A stretch of 64,000 nt of DNA, taken from Squalus acanthias. Lineage: Eukaryota. Below the pieces are notes generated by a model. That model saw only the letters and a program-made list of their open reading frames with translations. It was not told the DNA's origin and ran no database searches. The position numbers were made by a program, and so were the translations under genes. The DNA is taken from assembly GCA_030390025.1 (NCBI GenBank), contig CM059438.1:58902001-58966000 (forward strand). The letters run 5' to 3'. Positions 24,024 through 39,000 of the stretch are shown here, piece after piece. The number at the start of each line of letters is the position of its first letter. The stretch's first letter is position 1.

Positions 24024-27000
24024 AGCCCATCGCCAATACCCTAACTCCCATCACAACCCATCGCCAATACCCTAATCCCCCATCACAGCCCATCCCCAAT
24101 ACCCTAACTCCCCATCACAGCCCATCCCCAATACCCTAACTCCCCATCACAGCCCATCCCCAATACCCTAACTCCCCATCACAGCCCATCCCCAATACCC
24201 TAACCCCCCATCACAGCCCATCCCCAATACCCTAACTCCCCATCACAGCCCATCCCCAATACCCTAACTCCCCATCACAGCCCATCCCCAATACCCTAAC
24301 TCCCCATCACAGTCCATCCCCAATACCCTAACGCCCCATCACAGCCCATCCCCAATACCCTAACTCCCCATCACAGCCCATCGCCAATACCCAAACTCCC
24401 CATCACAGCCCATCGCCAATACCCTAACTCCCCATCACAGCCCATCGCAATACCCTAACTCCCCATCACAGCCCATCCCCAATACCCTAACTCCCCATCA
24501 CAGCCCATCCCCAATACCCTAACCCCCCATCACAGCCCATCCCCAATACCCTAACTCCCCATCACAGCCCATCCCCAATACCCTAACCCCCCATCACAGC
24601 CCATCCCCAATACCCTAACTCCCCATCACAGCCCATCCCCAATACCCTAACTCCCCATCACAGCCATTCCCCAATACCCTAACCCCCCATCACAGCCCAT
24701 CCCCTGACCCGAACTCCACATCACAGCCCATCCCCAATACCCTAACTCCCCATCACAGCCCATCCCCAATACCCTAACTCCCCATCACAGCCCATCCACA
24801 ATACCCTAACTCCCCATCACAGCCCATCCACAATATCCTAACTCCCCATAACAGCCCATCCCCAATACCCTAACTCCCCATCACAGCCCATTCCCAATAC
24901 CCTAACTCCCCATCACAGCCCATCCCCAATACCCTAACTCCCCATCACAGCCCATCCACAATACCCTAACTCCCCATCACAGCCCATCCCCAATACCCTA
25001 ACTCCCCATCACAGCCCATCGCCAATACCCTAACTCCCCACCACAGTCCATCCCCAATACCCTAACTCCCCACCACAGTCCATCCCCAATACCCTAACTC
25101 CCCATCACAGCCCATCACCAATACCCCAACTCCCCATCACAGCCCATCCCCAATACCCTAACCCCCCATCACAGCCCATCCCCAATACCCTAACTCCCCA
25201 TCACAGCCCATCCCCAATACCCTAACTCCCCATCACAGCCATTCCCCAATACCCTAACCCCCCATCACAGCCCATCCCCTGACCCGAACTCCACATCACA
25301 GCCCATCCCCAATACCCTAACTCCCCATCACAGCCCATCCCCAATACCCTAACTCCCCATCACAGCCCATCCACAATACCCTAACTCCCCATCACAGCCC
25401 ATCCACAATACCCTAACTCCCCATAACAGCCCATCCCCAATACCCTAACTCACCATCACAGCCCATTCCCAATACCCTAACTCCCCATCACAGCCCATCC
25501 CCAATACCCTAACTCCCCATCACAGCCCATCCCCAATACCCTAACTCCCCATCACAGCCCATCCCCAATACCCTAACTCCCCATCACAGCCCATCGCCAA
25601 TACCCTAACTCCCCACCACAGTCCATCCCCAATACCCTAACTCCCCACCACAGTCCATCCCCAATACCCTAACTCCCCATCACAGCCCATCACCAATACC
25701 CCAACTCCCCATCACAGCCCATCCCCAATACCCTAACCCCCCATCACAGCCCATCCCCAATACCCTAACTCCCCATCACAGCCCATCACCAATACCCTAA
25801 CTCCCCATCACAGCCCATCCCCTTACCCTAACCCCCCATCACAGCCCATCGCCAATACCCTAACCCCCCATCACAGCCCATCCCCAATACCCTAACCCCC
25901 ATCACAGCCCATCGCCAATACCCTAACCCCCCATCACAGCCCATCCCCAATACCCTAACTCCCCATCACAGCCCATCGTCAATACCCTAACTCTCCATCA
26001 CAGCCCATCCCCAATACCCTAACTCCCCATCACAGCCCATCCCCAATACCCTAACTCCCCATCACAGCCCATCCCCAATACCCTATCTCCCCATCACAGC
26101 CCATCCCCAATACCCTATCTCCCCATCACAGCCCATCCCCAATACCCTAACTCCCCATCACAGCCCATCCCCAATACCCTAACTCCCCATCACAGCCCAT
26201 CCCCAATACCCTAACTCCCCATCACAGCCCATCCCCAATACCCTAACTCCCCATCACAGCCCATCCCCAATACCCTAACTCCCCATCACAGCCCATCCCC
26301 AATACCCTAACTCCCCATCACAGCCCATCCCCAATACCCTAACTCCCCATCACAGCCCATCCCCAATACCCTATCTCCCCATCACAGCCCATCCCCAATA
26401 ACCTATCTCCCCATCACAGCCCATCCCCAATACCCTAACTCCCCATCACAGCCCATCCCCAATACCCTAACTCCCCATCACAGCCCATCCCCAATACCCT
26501 ATCTCCCCATCACAGCCCATCCCCAATACCCTATCTCCCCATCACAGCCCATCCCCAATACCCTAACTCCCCATCACAGCCCATCCCCAATACCCTAACT
26601 CCCCATCACAGCCCATCCCCAATACCCTATCTCCCCATCACAGCCCATCCCCAATACCCTAACTCCCCATCACAGCCCATCGCCAATACCCTAACTCCCC
26701 ATCACAGCCCATCCCCAATACCCTAACTCCCCATCACAGCCCATCCCCAATACCCTATCTCCCCATCACAGCCCATCCCCAATAACCTATCTCCCCATCA
26801 CAGCCCATCCCCAATACCCTAACTCCCCATCACAGCCCATCCCCAATACCCTAACTCCCCATCACAGCCCATCCCCAATACCCTATCTCCCCATCACAGC
26901 CCATCCCCAATAACCTATCTCCCCATCACAGCCCATCCACAATACCCTAACTCCCCATCACAGCCCATCCCCAATACCCTAACTCCCCATCACAGCCCAT

Positions 27001-30000
27001 CCCCAATACCCTATCTCCCCATCACAGCCCATCCCCAATACCCTAACTCCCCATCACAGCCCATCCCCAATACCCTAACTCCCCATCACAGCCCATCCCC
27101 AATACCCTAACTCCCCATCACAGCCCATCCCCTTACCCTAACCCCCCATCACAGCCCATCCCCAATACCCTATCTCCCCATCACAGCCCATCCCCAATAC
27201 CCTAACTCCCCATAAGCCCATCATCAATACCCCAACTCCCCATCACAGCCCATCCCCACGACCCTAACCCCCCATCACAGCCCATCCCCAATACCCTAAC
27301 TCACCATCACAGCCCATTCCCAATACCCTAACTCCCCATCACAGCCCATCCCCAATACCCTAACTCCCCATCACAGCCCATCCCCAATACCCTAACTCCC
27401 CAACACAGCCCATCCCCAATACCCTAACTCCCCATCACAGCCCATCCCCAATACCCAAACCCCCCATCCCAGCCCAACCCCAACACCCTAACTCCCCATC
27501 ACAGCCCATCCCCAATACCCTAACTCCCCATCACAGCCCATCCCCAATACACTAACTCCCCATCACAGCCCATCCCCAACACCCCAACTCCCCATCACAG
27601 CCCAACCCCAATACCCTAACCCCCCATCACAGCCCATCCCCAATACCCTAACTCCCCATCACAGCCCATCCCCAATACCCTAACTCCCCATCACAGCCCA
27701 TCCCCAATACCCTAACTCCCCATCCCCAATACCCTAACTCCCCATCACAGCCCATCCCCTTACCCGAACTCCCCATCACAGGCCATCCCCAATACCCTAA
27801 CTCCCCATCACAGCCCATCCCCAATACCCTAACTCCCCATCACAGCCCATCCCCAATACCCTAACTCCCCATCCCCAATACCCTAACTCCCCATCACAGC
27901 CCATCCCCTTACCCGAACTCCCCATCACAGCCCATCCCCAATACCCTAACTCCCCATCACAGCCCATCCCCTTACCCTAACCCCCCATCACAGCCCATCC
28001 CCAATACCCTATCTCCCCATCACAGCCCATCCCCAATACCCTAACTCCCCATCACAGCCCATCCCCAATACCCTAACTCCCCATCACAGCCCATCCCCAA
28101 TACCCTATCTCCCCATCACAGCCCATCCCCAATACCCTAACTCCCCATCACAGCCCATCCCCAATACCCTAACTCCCCATCACAGCCCATCGCCAATACC
28201 CGAATTCCCCACCACAGTCCATCCCCAATACCCTAACTCCCCACCACAGTCCATCCCCAATACCCTAACTCCCCATCACAGCCCATCCCCAATACCCTAA
28301 CTCCCCATCACAGCCCATCACCAATACCCCAACTCCCCATCACAGCCCATCCCCAATACCCTAACCCCCCATCACAGCCCCTCCCCAATACCCTAACTCC
28401 CCATCACAGCCCATCGTCAATACCCTAACTCTCCATCACAGCCCATCCCCAATACCCTAACTCCCCATCACAGCCCATCCCCAATACCCTATCTCCCCAT
28501 CACAGCCCATCACCAATACCCTAACTCCCCATCACAGCCCATCCCCAATACCCTAACTCCCCATCACAGCCCATCCCCAATACCCTATCTCCCCATCACA
28601 GCCCATCCCCAATACCCTATCTCCCCATCACAGCCCATCCCCAATACCCTAACCCCCCATCACAGCACATCCCCAATTCCCTAATCCCCCATCACAGCCC
28701 ATCCCCAATACCCCAACTCCCCGTCACAGCCCATCACCAATACCCCAACTCCCCATCACAGCCCATCCCCAAAACCCGAACTCCCCATCACAGCCCATCG
28801 CCAATACCCTAACTCCCCATCACAGCCCATCCCCAATACCCTAACTCCCCATCACAGCCCATCCCCAATACCCTAACTCCCCATCACAGCCCATCCCCAA
28901 TACCCTAACTCCCCATCACAGCCCATCCCCAATACCCTAACTCCCCATCACAGCCCATCCCCAATACCCTAACCGCCCATCACAGCCCATCCCCAATACC
29001 CTAACTCCCCATCACAGTCCATCCCCAATACCCCAACTCCCCATCACAGCCCATCCCCAATACCCTAACTCCCCATCACAGCCCATCGCCAATACCCTAA
29101 CCCCCATCACAGCCCATCGCCAATACCCTAACTCCCCATCACAGCCGATCCCCAATACCCTAACTCCCCATCACAGCCCATCGCCAATACCCTAACTCCC
29201 CATCACAGCCCATCCCCAATACCCTAACTCCCCATCACAGTCCATCCCCAATACCCCAACTCCCCATCACAGCCCATCGCCAATACCCTAACCCCCATCA
29301 CAGCCCATCGCCAATACCCTAACTCCCCATCACAGCCCATCCCCAATACCCTAACTCCCCATCAAAGCCCATCCCCAATACCCTAACCCCCATCACAGCC
29401 CAACCCCAATACCCTAACTCCCCATCACAGCCCATCCCCTTATCTAACCCCCCATCACAGCCCATCCCCAATACCCTAACTCCCCATCACAGCCCATCCC
29501 CTTACCCTAACCCCCCATCACAGCCCATCCCCAATACCCTAACTCTCCATCACAGCCCATCCCCAATACCCGAACTCCCCGTCACAGCCCATCCCCAATA
29601 CCCTAACTCCCCATCACAGCCCATCCCCAATACCCTAACTCCCCATCACAGCCCATCCCCAATACCCTAACTCCCCATCACAGCCCATCCCCAATACCCC
29701 AACTCCCCATCACAGCCCATCCCCAATACCCGAACGCCCCATCACAGCCCCTCCCCAATACCCTAACTCCCCATCACAGCCCATCCCCTTACCCTAACCC
29801 CCCATCACAGCCCATCCCCAATAACCTATCTCCCCATCACAGCCCATCCCCAATACCCTAACTCCCCATCACAGCCCATCACCAATACCCCAACTCCCCA
29901 TCACAGCCCATCCCCAATACCCTAACCCCCCATCACAGCCCATCCCCAATACCCTAACTCCCCATCACAGCCCATCCCCAATACCCTAACTCCCCAACAC

Positions 30001-33000
30001 AGCCCCTCCCCAATACCCTAACTCCCCATCACAGCCCATCGTCAATACCCTAACTCTCCATCACAGCCCATCCCCAATACCCTAACTCCCCATCACAGCC
30101 CATCCCCAATACCCTATCTCCCCATCACAGCCCATCCCCAATACCCTATCTCCCCATCACAGCCCATCCCCAATACCCTAACTCCCCATCACAGCCCATC
30201 CCCAATACCCGAACTCCCCATCACAGCCCATCCCCAATACCCTAACTCCCCATCACAGCCCATCCCCAATACCCTAACTCCCCATCACAGCCCATCCCCA
30301 ATACCCGAACTCCCCATCACAGCCCATCGCCAATACCCTAACTCCCCATCACAGCCCATCCCCAATACCCTAACTCCCCATCACAGCCCATCCCCAATAC
30401 CCTATCTCCCCATCACAGCCCATCCCCAATACCCTATCTCCCCATCACAGCCCATCCCCAATAACCTATCTCCCCATCACAGCCCATCCACAATACCCTA
30501 ACTCCCCATCACAGCCCATCCCCAATACCCTAACTCCCCATCACAGCCCATCCCCAATACCCTATCTCCCCATCACAGCCCATCCCCAATACCCTAACTC
30601 CCCATCACAGCCCATCCCCAATACCCTAACTCCCCATCACAGCCCATCCCCAATACCCTATCTCCCCATCACAGCCCATCCCCAATACCCAAACTCCCAA
30701 TCACAGCCCATCCCCAATACCCTAACTCCCCATCACAGCCCATCCCCAATACCCTATCTCCCCATCACAGCCCATCCCCAATACCCAAACTCCCCATCAC
30801 AGCCCATCCCCAATACCCAAACTCCCAATCACAGCCCATCCCCAATACCCTAACCCCCCATCACAGCCCCTCCCCAATACCCTAACTCCCCATCACAGCC
30901 CATCCCCAATACCCTAACTCCCCATCACAGCCCATCCCCAATACCCTAACCCCCCATCACAGCCCATCCCCAATACTCAAACTCCCCATCACAGCCCATC
31001 CCCTGACCCTAACGCCCCATCACAGCCCATCCCCAATACCCTATCTCCCCATCACAGCCCATCCCCAATACCCTAACTCCCCATCACAGCCCATCACCAA
31101 TACCCCAACTCCCCATCACAGCCCATCCCCAATACCCTAACCCCCCATCACAGCCCATCCCCAATACCCTAACTCACCATCACAGCCCATTCCCAATACC
31201 CTAACTCCCCATCACAGCCCATCCCCAATACCCTAACTCCCCATCACAGCCCATCCCCAATACCCTAACTCCCCAACACAGCCCATCCCCAATACCCTAA
31301 CTCCCCATCACAGCCCATCCCCAATACCCTAACCCCCCCATCCCAGCCCAACCCCAACACCCTAACTCCCCATCACAGCCATCACCAATACCCCAACTCC
31401 CCATCACAGCCCATCACCAATACCCCAACTCCCCATCACAGCCCATCCCCAATACCCTAACCCCCATCACAGCCCCTCCCCAATACCCTAACTCCCCATC
31501 ACAGCCCATCCCCAATACCCTAACTCCCCATCACAGCCCATTCCCAATACCCTAACTCCCCATCACAGCCCATTCCCAATACCCGAACTCCCCATCACAG
31601 CCCATCCCCAATACCCTAACTCCCCATCACAGCCCATCCCCAATACCCTAACTCCCCAACACAGCCCATCCCCAATACCCTAACTCCCCATCACAGCCCA
31701 TCCCCAATACCCTAACCCCCCATCCCAGCCCAACCCCAACACCCTAACTCCCCATCACAGCCCATCCCCAATACCCTAACTCCCCATCACAGCCCTTCCA
31801 CAATACCCTAACTCCCCATCACAGCCCATCCCCAATACCCTAACTCCCATCACAGCCCATCCCCAATACCCGAACTCCCCATCACAGCCATCACCAATAC
31901 CCCAACTCCCCATCACAGCCCATCGCCAATACCCTAACTCCCCATCACAGCCCATCCCCAATACCCTAACTCCCCATCACAGCCCATCCCCAATACCCTA
32001 ACTCCCCATCACAGCCCATCGCCAATACCCTAACTCCCCATCACAGCCCATCCCCAACACCCTAACTCCCCATCACAGCCCATCCCCAATACACTAACTC
32101 CCCATCACAGCCCATCCCCAATACCCTAACTCCCCATCCCCAATACCCTAACTCCCCATCACAGCCCATCCCCTTACCCGAACTCCCCATCACAGGCCAT
32201 CCACAATACCCTAACTCCCCATCACAGCCCATCCCCAATACCCTAACTACCCATCACAGCCCATCCCCAATACCCTAACTCCCCATCCCCAATACCCTAA
32301 CTCCCCATCACAGCCCATCCCCTTACCCGAACTCCCCATCACAGCCCATCCCCAATACCCTAACTCCCCATCACAGCCCATCCCCTTACCCTAACCCCCC
32401 ATCACAGCCCATCCCCAATACCCTATCTCCCCATCACAGCCCATCCCCAATACCCTAACTCCCCATCACAGCCCATCCCCAATACCCTAACTCCCCATCA
32501 CAGCCCATCCCCAATACCTTAACCCCCCATCATAGCCCATCCCCAATACCCTAACCCCCCATCATAGCCCATCCCCAATACCCTAACTCCCCATCACAGC
32601 CCATCCCCAATACCCTAACTCCCCATCACAGTTCCATCACCAATACCCCAACTCCCCATCACAGCCCATCCCCAATACCCTAACCCCCCATCACAGCCCA
32701 TCCCCAATACCCTAACCCCCCATCACAGCCCATCCCCAATACCCTAACCCCCATCACAGTCCATCCCCAATACCCTAACTCCCCATCACAGCCCATCCCC
32801 TTACCCTAACCCCCCATCACAGCCCATCCCCAGTACCCTAACTCCCCATCACAGCCCATCCCCAATACCCTAACTCCCCATCACAGCCCATCGCCAATAC
32901 CCTAACTCCCCATCACAGCCCATCCCCAATACCCTAACCCCCCATCACAGCCCATCCCCAATACCCTAACCCCCCATCACAGCCCATCCCCAATACCCTA

Positions 33001-36000
33001 ACCCCCCATCACAGCACATCCCCAATTCCCTAATCCCCCATCACAGCCCATCCCCAATACCCCAACTCCCCGTCACAGCCCATCACCAATACCCCAACTC
33101 CCCATCACAGCCCATCCCCAAAACCCGAACTCCCCATCACAGCCCATCGCCAATACCCTAACTCCCCATCACAGCCCATCCCCAATACCCTAACTCCCCA
33201 TCACAGCCCATCCCCAATACCCTAACTCCCCATCACAGCCCATCCCCAATACCCTAACTCCCCATCACAGCCCATCCCCAATACCCTAACTCCCCATCAC
33301 AGCCCATCCCCAATACCCTAACCCCCCATCACAGCCCATCCCCAATACCCTAACTCCCCATCACAGTCCATCCCCAATACCCCAACTCCCCATCACAGCC
33401 CATCCCCAATACCCTAACTCCCCATCACAGCCCATCGCCAATACCCTAATCCCCATCACAGCCCATCGCCAATACCCTAACTCCCCATCACAGCCGATCC
33501 CCAATACCCTAACTCCCCATCACAGCCCATCGCCAATACCCTAACTCCCCATCACAGCCCATCCCCAATACCCTAACTCCCCATCACAGTCCATCCCCAA
33601 TACCCCAACTCCCCATCACAGCCCATCGCCAATACCCTAACCCCCATCACAGCCCATCGCCAATACCCTAACTCCCCATCACAGCCCATCCCCAATACCC
33701 TAACTCCCCATCAAAGCCCATCCCCAATACCCTAACCCCCATCACAGCCCAACCCCAATACCCTAACTCCCCATCACAGCCCATCCCCTTATCTAACCCC
33801 CCCATCACAGCCCATCCCCAATACCCTAACTCCCCATCACAGCCCATCCCCTTACCCTAACCCCCCATCACAGCCCATCCCCAATAACCTAACTCTCCAT
33901 CACAGCCCATCCCCAATACCCGAACTCCCCGTCACAGCCCATCCCCAATACCCTAACTCCCCATCACAGCCCATCCCCAATACCCTAACTCCCCATCACA
34001 GCCCATCCCCAATACCCTAACTCCCCATCACAGCCCATCCCCAATACCCCAACTCCCCATCACAGCCCATCCCCAATACCCGAACGCCCCATCACAGCCC
34101 CTCCCCAATACCCTAACTCCCCATCACAGCCCATCCCCTTACCCTAACCCCTCATCACAGCCCATCCCCAATACCCTATCTCCCCATCACAGCCCATCCC
34201 CAATACCCTAACTCCCCATCACAGCCCATCACCAATACCCCAACTCCCCATCACAGCCCATCCCCAATACCCTAACCCCCCATCACAGCCCATCCCCAAT
34301 ACCCTAACTCCCCATCACAGCCCATCCCCAATACCCTAACTCCCCAACACAGCCCCTCCCCAATACCCTAACTCCCCATCACAGCCCATCGTCAATACCC
34401 TAACTCTCCATCACAGCCCATCCCCAATACCCTAACTCCCCATCACAGCCCATCCCCAATACCCTATCTCCCCATCACAGCCCATCCCCAATACCCTATC
34501 TCCCCATCACAGCCCATCCCCAATACCCTAACTCCCCATCACAGCCCATCCCCAATACCCGAACTCCCCATCACAGCCCATCCCCAATACCCTAACTCCC
34601 CATCACAGCCCATCCCCAATACCCTAACTCCCCATCACAGCCCATCCCCAATACCCTATCTCCCCATCACAGCCCATCCCCAATAACCTATCTCCCCATC
34701 ACAGCCCATCCCCAATACCCTAACTCCCCATCACAGCCCATCCCCAATACCCTAACTCCCCATCACAGCCCATCCCCAATACCCTATCTCCCCATCACAG
34801 CCCATCCCCAATAACCTATCTCCCCATCACAGCCCATCCCCAATACCCAAACTCCCAATCACAGCCCATCCCCAATACCCTAACTCCCCATCACAGCCCA
34901 TCGCCAATACCCTAACTCCCCACCACAGTCCATCCCCAATACCCTAACTCCCCACCACAGTCCATCCCCAATATCCTAACTCCCCATCACAGCCCATCCC
35001 CAATACCCTAACTCCCCATCACAGCCCATCACCAATACCCCAACTCCCCATCACAGCCCATCCCCAATACCCTAACCCCCCATCACAGCCCCTCCCCAAT
35101 ACCCTAACTCCCCATCACAGCCCATCCCCAATACCCTAACTCCCCATCACAGCCCATCCCCAATACCCTAACTCCCCATCACAGCCCATCCCCAATACCC
35201 TAACTCCCCATCACAGTTCCATCACCAATACCCCAACTCCCCATCACAGCCCATCCCCAATACCCTAACCCCCCATCACAGCCCATCCCCAATACCCTAA
35301 CCCCCCATCACAGCCCATCCCCAATACCCTAACCCCCATCACAGTCCATCCCCAATACCCTAACTCCCCATCACAGCCCATCCCCTTACCCTAACCCCCC
35401 ATCACAGCCCATCCCCAGTACCCTAACTCCCCATCACAGCCCATCCCCAATACCCTAACTCCCCATCACAGCCCATCGCCAATACCCTAACTCCCCATCA
35501 CAGCCCATCCCCAATACCCTAACCCCCCATCACAGCCCATCCCCAATACCCTAACCCCCCATCACAGCCCATCCCCAATACCCTAACCCCCCATCACAGC
35601 ACATCCCCAATTCCCTAATCCCCCATCACAGCCCATCCCCAATACCCCAACTCCCCGTCACAGCCCATCACCAATACCCCAACTCCCCATCACAGCCCAT
35701 CCCCAAAACCCGAACTCCCCATCACAGCCCATCGCCAATACCCTAACTCCCCATCACAGCCCATCCCCAATACCCTAACTCCCCATCACAGCCCATCCCC
35801 AATACCCTAACTCCCCATCACAGCCCATCCCCAATACCCTAACTCCCCATCACAGCCCATCCCCAATACCCTAACTCCCCATCACAGCCCATCCCCAATA
35901 CCCTAACCCCCCATCACAGCCCATCCCCAATACCCTAACTCCCCATCACAGTCCATCCCCAATACCCCAACTCCCCATCACAGCCCATCCCCAATACCCT

Positions 36001-39000
36001 AACTCCCCATCACAGCCCATCGCCAATACCCTAATCCCCATCACAGCCCATCGCCAATACCCTAACTCCCCATCACAGCCGATCCCCAATACCCTAACTC
36101 CCCATCACAGCCCATCGCCAATACCCTAACTCCCCATCACAGCCCATCCCCAATACCCTAACTCCCCATCACAGTCCATCCCCAATACCCCAACTCCCCA
36201 TCACAGCCCATCGCCAATACCCTAACCCCCATCACAGCCCATCGCCAATACCCTAACTCCCCATCACAGCCCATCCCCAATACCCTAACTCCCCATCAAA
36301 GCCCATCCCCAATACCCTAACCCCCATCACAGCCCAACCCCAATACCCTAACTCCCCATCACAGCCCATCCCCTTATCTGACCCCCCCATCACAGCCCAT
36401 CCCCAATACCCTAACTCCCCATCACAGCCCATCCCCTTACCCTAACCCCCCATCACAGCCCATCCCCAATAACCTAACTCTCCATCACAGCCCATCCCCA
36501 ATACCCGAACTCCCCGTCACAGCCCATCCCCAATACCCTAACTCCCCATCACAGCCCATCCCCAATACCCTAACTCCCCATCACAGCCCATCCCCAATAC
36601 CCTAACTCCCCATCACAGCCCATCCCCAATACCCCAACTCCCCATCACAGCCCATCCCCAATACCCGAACGCCCCATCACAGCCCCTCCCCAATACCCTA
36701 ACTCCCCATCACAGCCCATCCCCTTACCCTAACCCCCCATCACAGCCCATCCCCAATACCCTATCTCCCCATCACAGCCCATCCCCAATACCCTAACTCC
36801 CCATCACAGCCCATCACCAATACCCCAACTCCCCATCACAGCCCATCCCCAATACCCTAACCCCCCATCACAGCCCATCCCCAATACCCTAACTCCCCAT
36901 CACAGCCCATCCCCAATACCCTAACTCCCCAACACAGCCCCTCCCCAATACCCTAACTCCCCATCACAGCCCATCGTCAATACCCTAACTCTCCATCACA
37001 GCCCATCCCCAATACCCTAACTCCCCATCACAGCCCATCCCCAATACCCTATCTCCCCATCACAGCCCATCCCCAATACCCTATCTCCCCATCACAGCCC
37101 ATCCCCAATACCCTAACTCCCCATCACAGCCCATCCCCAATACCCGAACTCCCCATCACAGCCCATCCCCAATACCCTAACTCCCCATCACAGCCCATCC
37201 CCAATACCCTAACTCCCCATCACAGCCCATCCCCAATACCCGAACTCCCCATCACAGCCCATCGCCAATACCCTAACTCCCCATCACAGCCCATCCCCAA
37301 TACCCTAACTCCCCATCACAGCCCATCCCCAATACCCTATCTCCCCATCACAGCCCATCCCCAATAACCTATCTCCCCATCACAGCCCATCCCCAATACC
37401 CTAACTCCCCATCACAGCCCATCCCCAATACCCTAACTCCCCATCACAGCCCATCCCCAATACCCTATCTCCCCATCACAGCCCATCCCCAATAACCTAT
37501 CTCCCCATCACAGCCCATCCACAATACCCTAACTCCCCATCACAGCCCATCCCCAATACCCTAACTCCCCATCACAGCCCATCCCCAATACCCTATCTCC
37601 CCATCACAGCCCATCCCCAATACCCTAACTCCCCATCACAGCCCATCCCCAATACCCTAACTCCCCATCACAGCCCATCCCCAATACCCTATCTCCCCAT
37701 CACAGCCCATCCCCAATACCCAAACTCCCAATCACAGCCCATCCCCAATACCCTAACTCCCCATCACAGCCCATCGCCAATACCCTAACTCCCCACCACA
37801 GTCCATCCCCAATACCCTAACTCCCCACCACAGTCCATCCCCAATATCCTAACTCCCCATCACAGCCCATCCCCAATACCCTAACTCCCCATCACAGCCC
37901 ATCACCAATACCCCAACTCCCCATCACAGCCCATCCCCAATACCCTAACCCCCCATCACAGCCCCTCCCCAATACCCTAACTCCCCATCACAGCCCATCC
38001 CCAATACCCTAACTCCCCATCACAGCCCATCCCCAATAGCCTAACCCCCCATCACAGCCCATCCCCAATACTCAAACTCCCCATCACAGCCCATCCCCTT
38101 ACCCTAACGCCCCATCACAGCCCATCCCCAATACCCTATCTCCCCATCACAGCCCATCCCCAATACCCTAACTCCCCATCACAGCCCATCACCAATACCC
38201 CAACTCCCCATCACAGCCCATCCCCAATACCCTAACCCCCCATCACAGCCCATCCCCAATACCCTAACTCACCATCACAGCCCATTCCCAATACCCTAAC
38301 TCCCCATCACAGCCCATCCCCAATACCCTAACTCCCCATCACAGTCCATCCCCAATACCCTAACTCCCCAACACAGCCCATCCCCAATACCCTAACTCCC
38401 CATCACAGCCCATCCCCAATACCCTAACCCCCCCATCCCAGCCCAACCCCAACACCCTAACTCCCCATCACAGCCCATCCCCAATACCCTAACTCCCCAT
38501 CACAGCCCATCCACAATACCCTAACTCCCCATCACAGCCCATCCCCAATACCCTAACTCCCATCACAGCCCATCCCCAATACCCGAACTCCCCATCACAG
38601 CCATCACCAATACCCCAACTCCCCATCACAGCCCATCGCCAATACCCTAACTCCCCATCACAGCCCATCCCCAATACCCTAACTCCCCATCACAGCCCAT
38701 CCCCAATACCCTAACTCCCCATCACAGCCCATCGCCAATACCCTAACTCCCCATCACAGCCCATCCCCAACACCCTAACTCCCCATCACAGCCCATCCCC
38801 AATATACTAACTCCCCATCACAGCCCATCCCCAACACCCCAACTCCCCATCACAGCCCAACCCCAATACCCTAACCCCCCCATCACAGCCCATCCCCTTA
38901 CCCGAACTCCCCATCACAGGCCATCCCCAATACCCTAACTCCCCATCACAGCCCATCCCCAATACCCTAACTCCCCATCACAGCCCATCCCCAATACCCT